A stretch of DNA of 64,000 nucleotides from a virus (lineage: Duplodnaviria; Caudoviricetes), in IMG/VR virus record IMGVR_UViG_3300027759_000044; one strand, given 5' to 3'. This document shows positions 63,866-64,000 of the stretch, one piece after another (the stretch's first letter is position 1; each line of letters starts with the position of its first letter). Under the pieces are notes generated by a model. It worked only from the letters and a program-made list of their open reading frames with translations, did no database searches and was not told where the DNA came from. A program made the translations under genes and the position numbers.

Positions 63866-64000
63866 TTTATGGTCCTATCTAATTCTGCTACATATTGTTC
63901 AGTGTAGTATATATTCTTTTTTCCTATGGGTTTGAATTTTCTATAAATATCGGGCCATTGATTAAACATTGCAGGTCTTTTGCCTTCATTTGCCCGTACA
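63862..64000 (-). CDS. C-terminal fragment of gene upstream of ACP (truncated by window)
   Basis: Open frame ...MFNQWPDIYRKFKPIGKK...DRTIK*; ATGA overlap with ACP. Confidence 0.65.
   Translation of the reverse strand, partial: VRANEGKRPAMFNQWPDIYRKFKPIGKKNIYYTEQYVAELDRTIK

Overview
This 64-kb window is AT-rich DNA from a large T4-like (myovirus-type) bacteriophage. That call is inferred from NNTAAATA late-promoter motifs, a gp9/gp10-like fibre N-terminus and the phage-style gene content; no capsid or terminase gene lies in the window. A betaproteobacterial host is suggested only weakly, by the Bug/TctC, IF-1 and ErpA genes. Layout: (1) 0.5-8 kb, early small ORFs, six of those in the first 2.5 kb preceded by near-identical sigma70 promoter cassettes. 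(2) 8-16.4 kb (minus), a D-Ala-D-Ala peptidase and four paralogous six-repeat beta-propeller/FN3 adhesin-like genes. (3) 16.9-26.2 kb, YHYH protein, nucleotidase, IF-1, a late heptose/C-methyl-sugar operon, SOD and ErpA. (4) 26.3-33.5 kb, fibre and lectin genes plus a papain-family protease. (5) 33.5-39.7 kb (minus), early small ORFs. (6) 44.1-52.0 kb, 26 tRNAs covering 19 amino acids (no Phe), an RNA polymerase omega homologue, several stem-closed candidate ncRNAs between tRNAs, a boxA-like site and an HNH gene. (7) 52-64 kb, a late cluster with ACP, desaturase, PP-loop ligase-like proteins, AspH-like hydroxylases, radical SAM, cupin and a Bug binding protein. The top candidate for a new system is a 45-codon leader ORF (51929-51792, missing from the ORF track). 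It uses all 20 amino acids and 34 different codons, and it overlaps a mutually exclusive antiterminator/terminator directly upstream of the tRNA array. It could be a ribosome-coupled attenuator that senses general tRNA depletion. All family assignments are from motifs read by eye; no searches were run.
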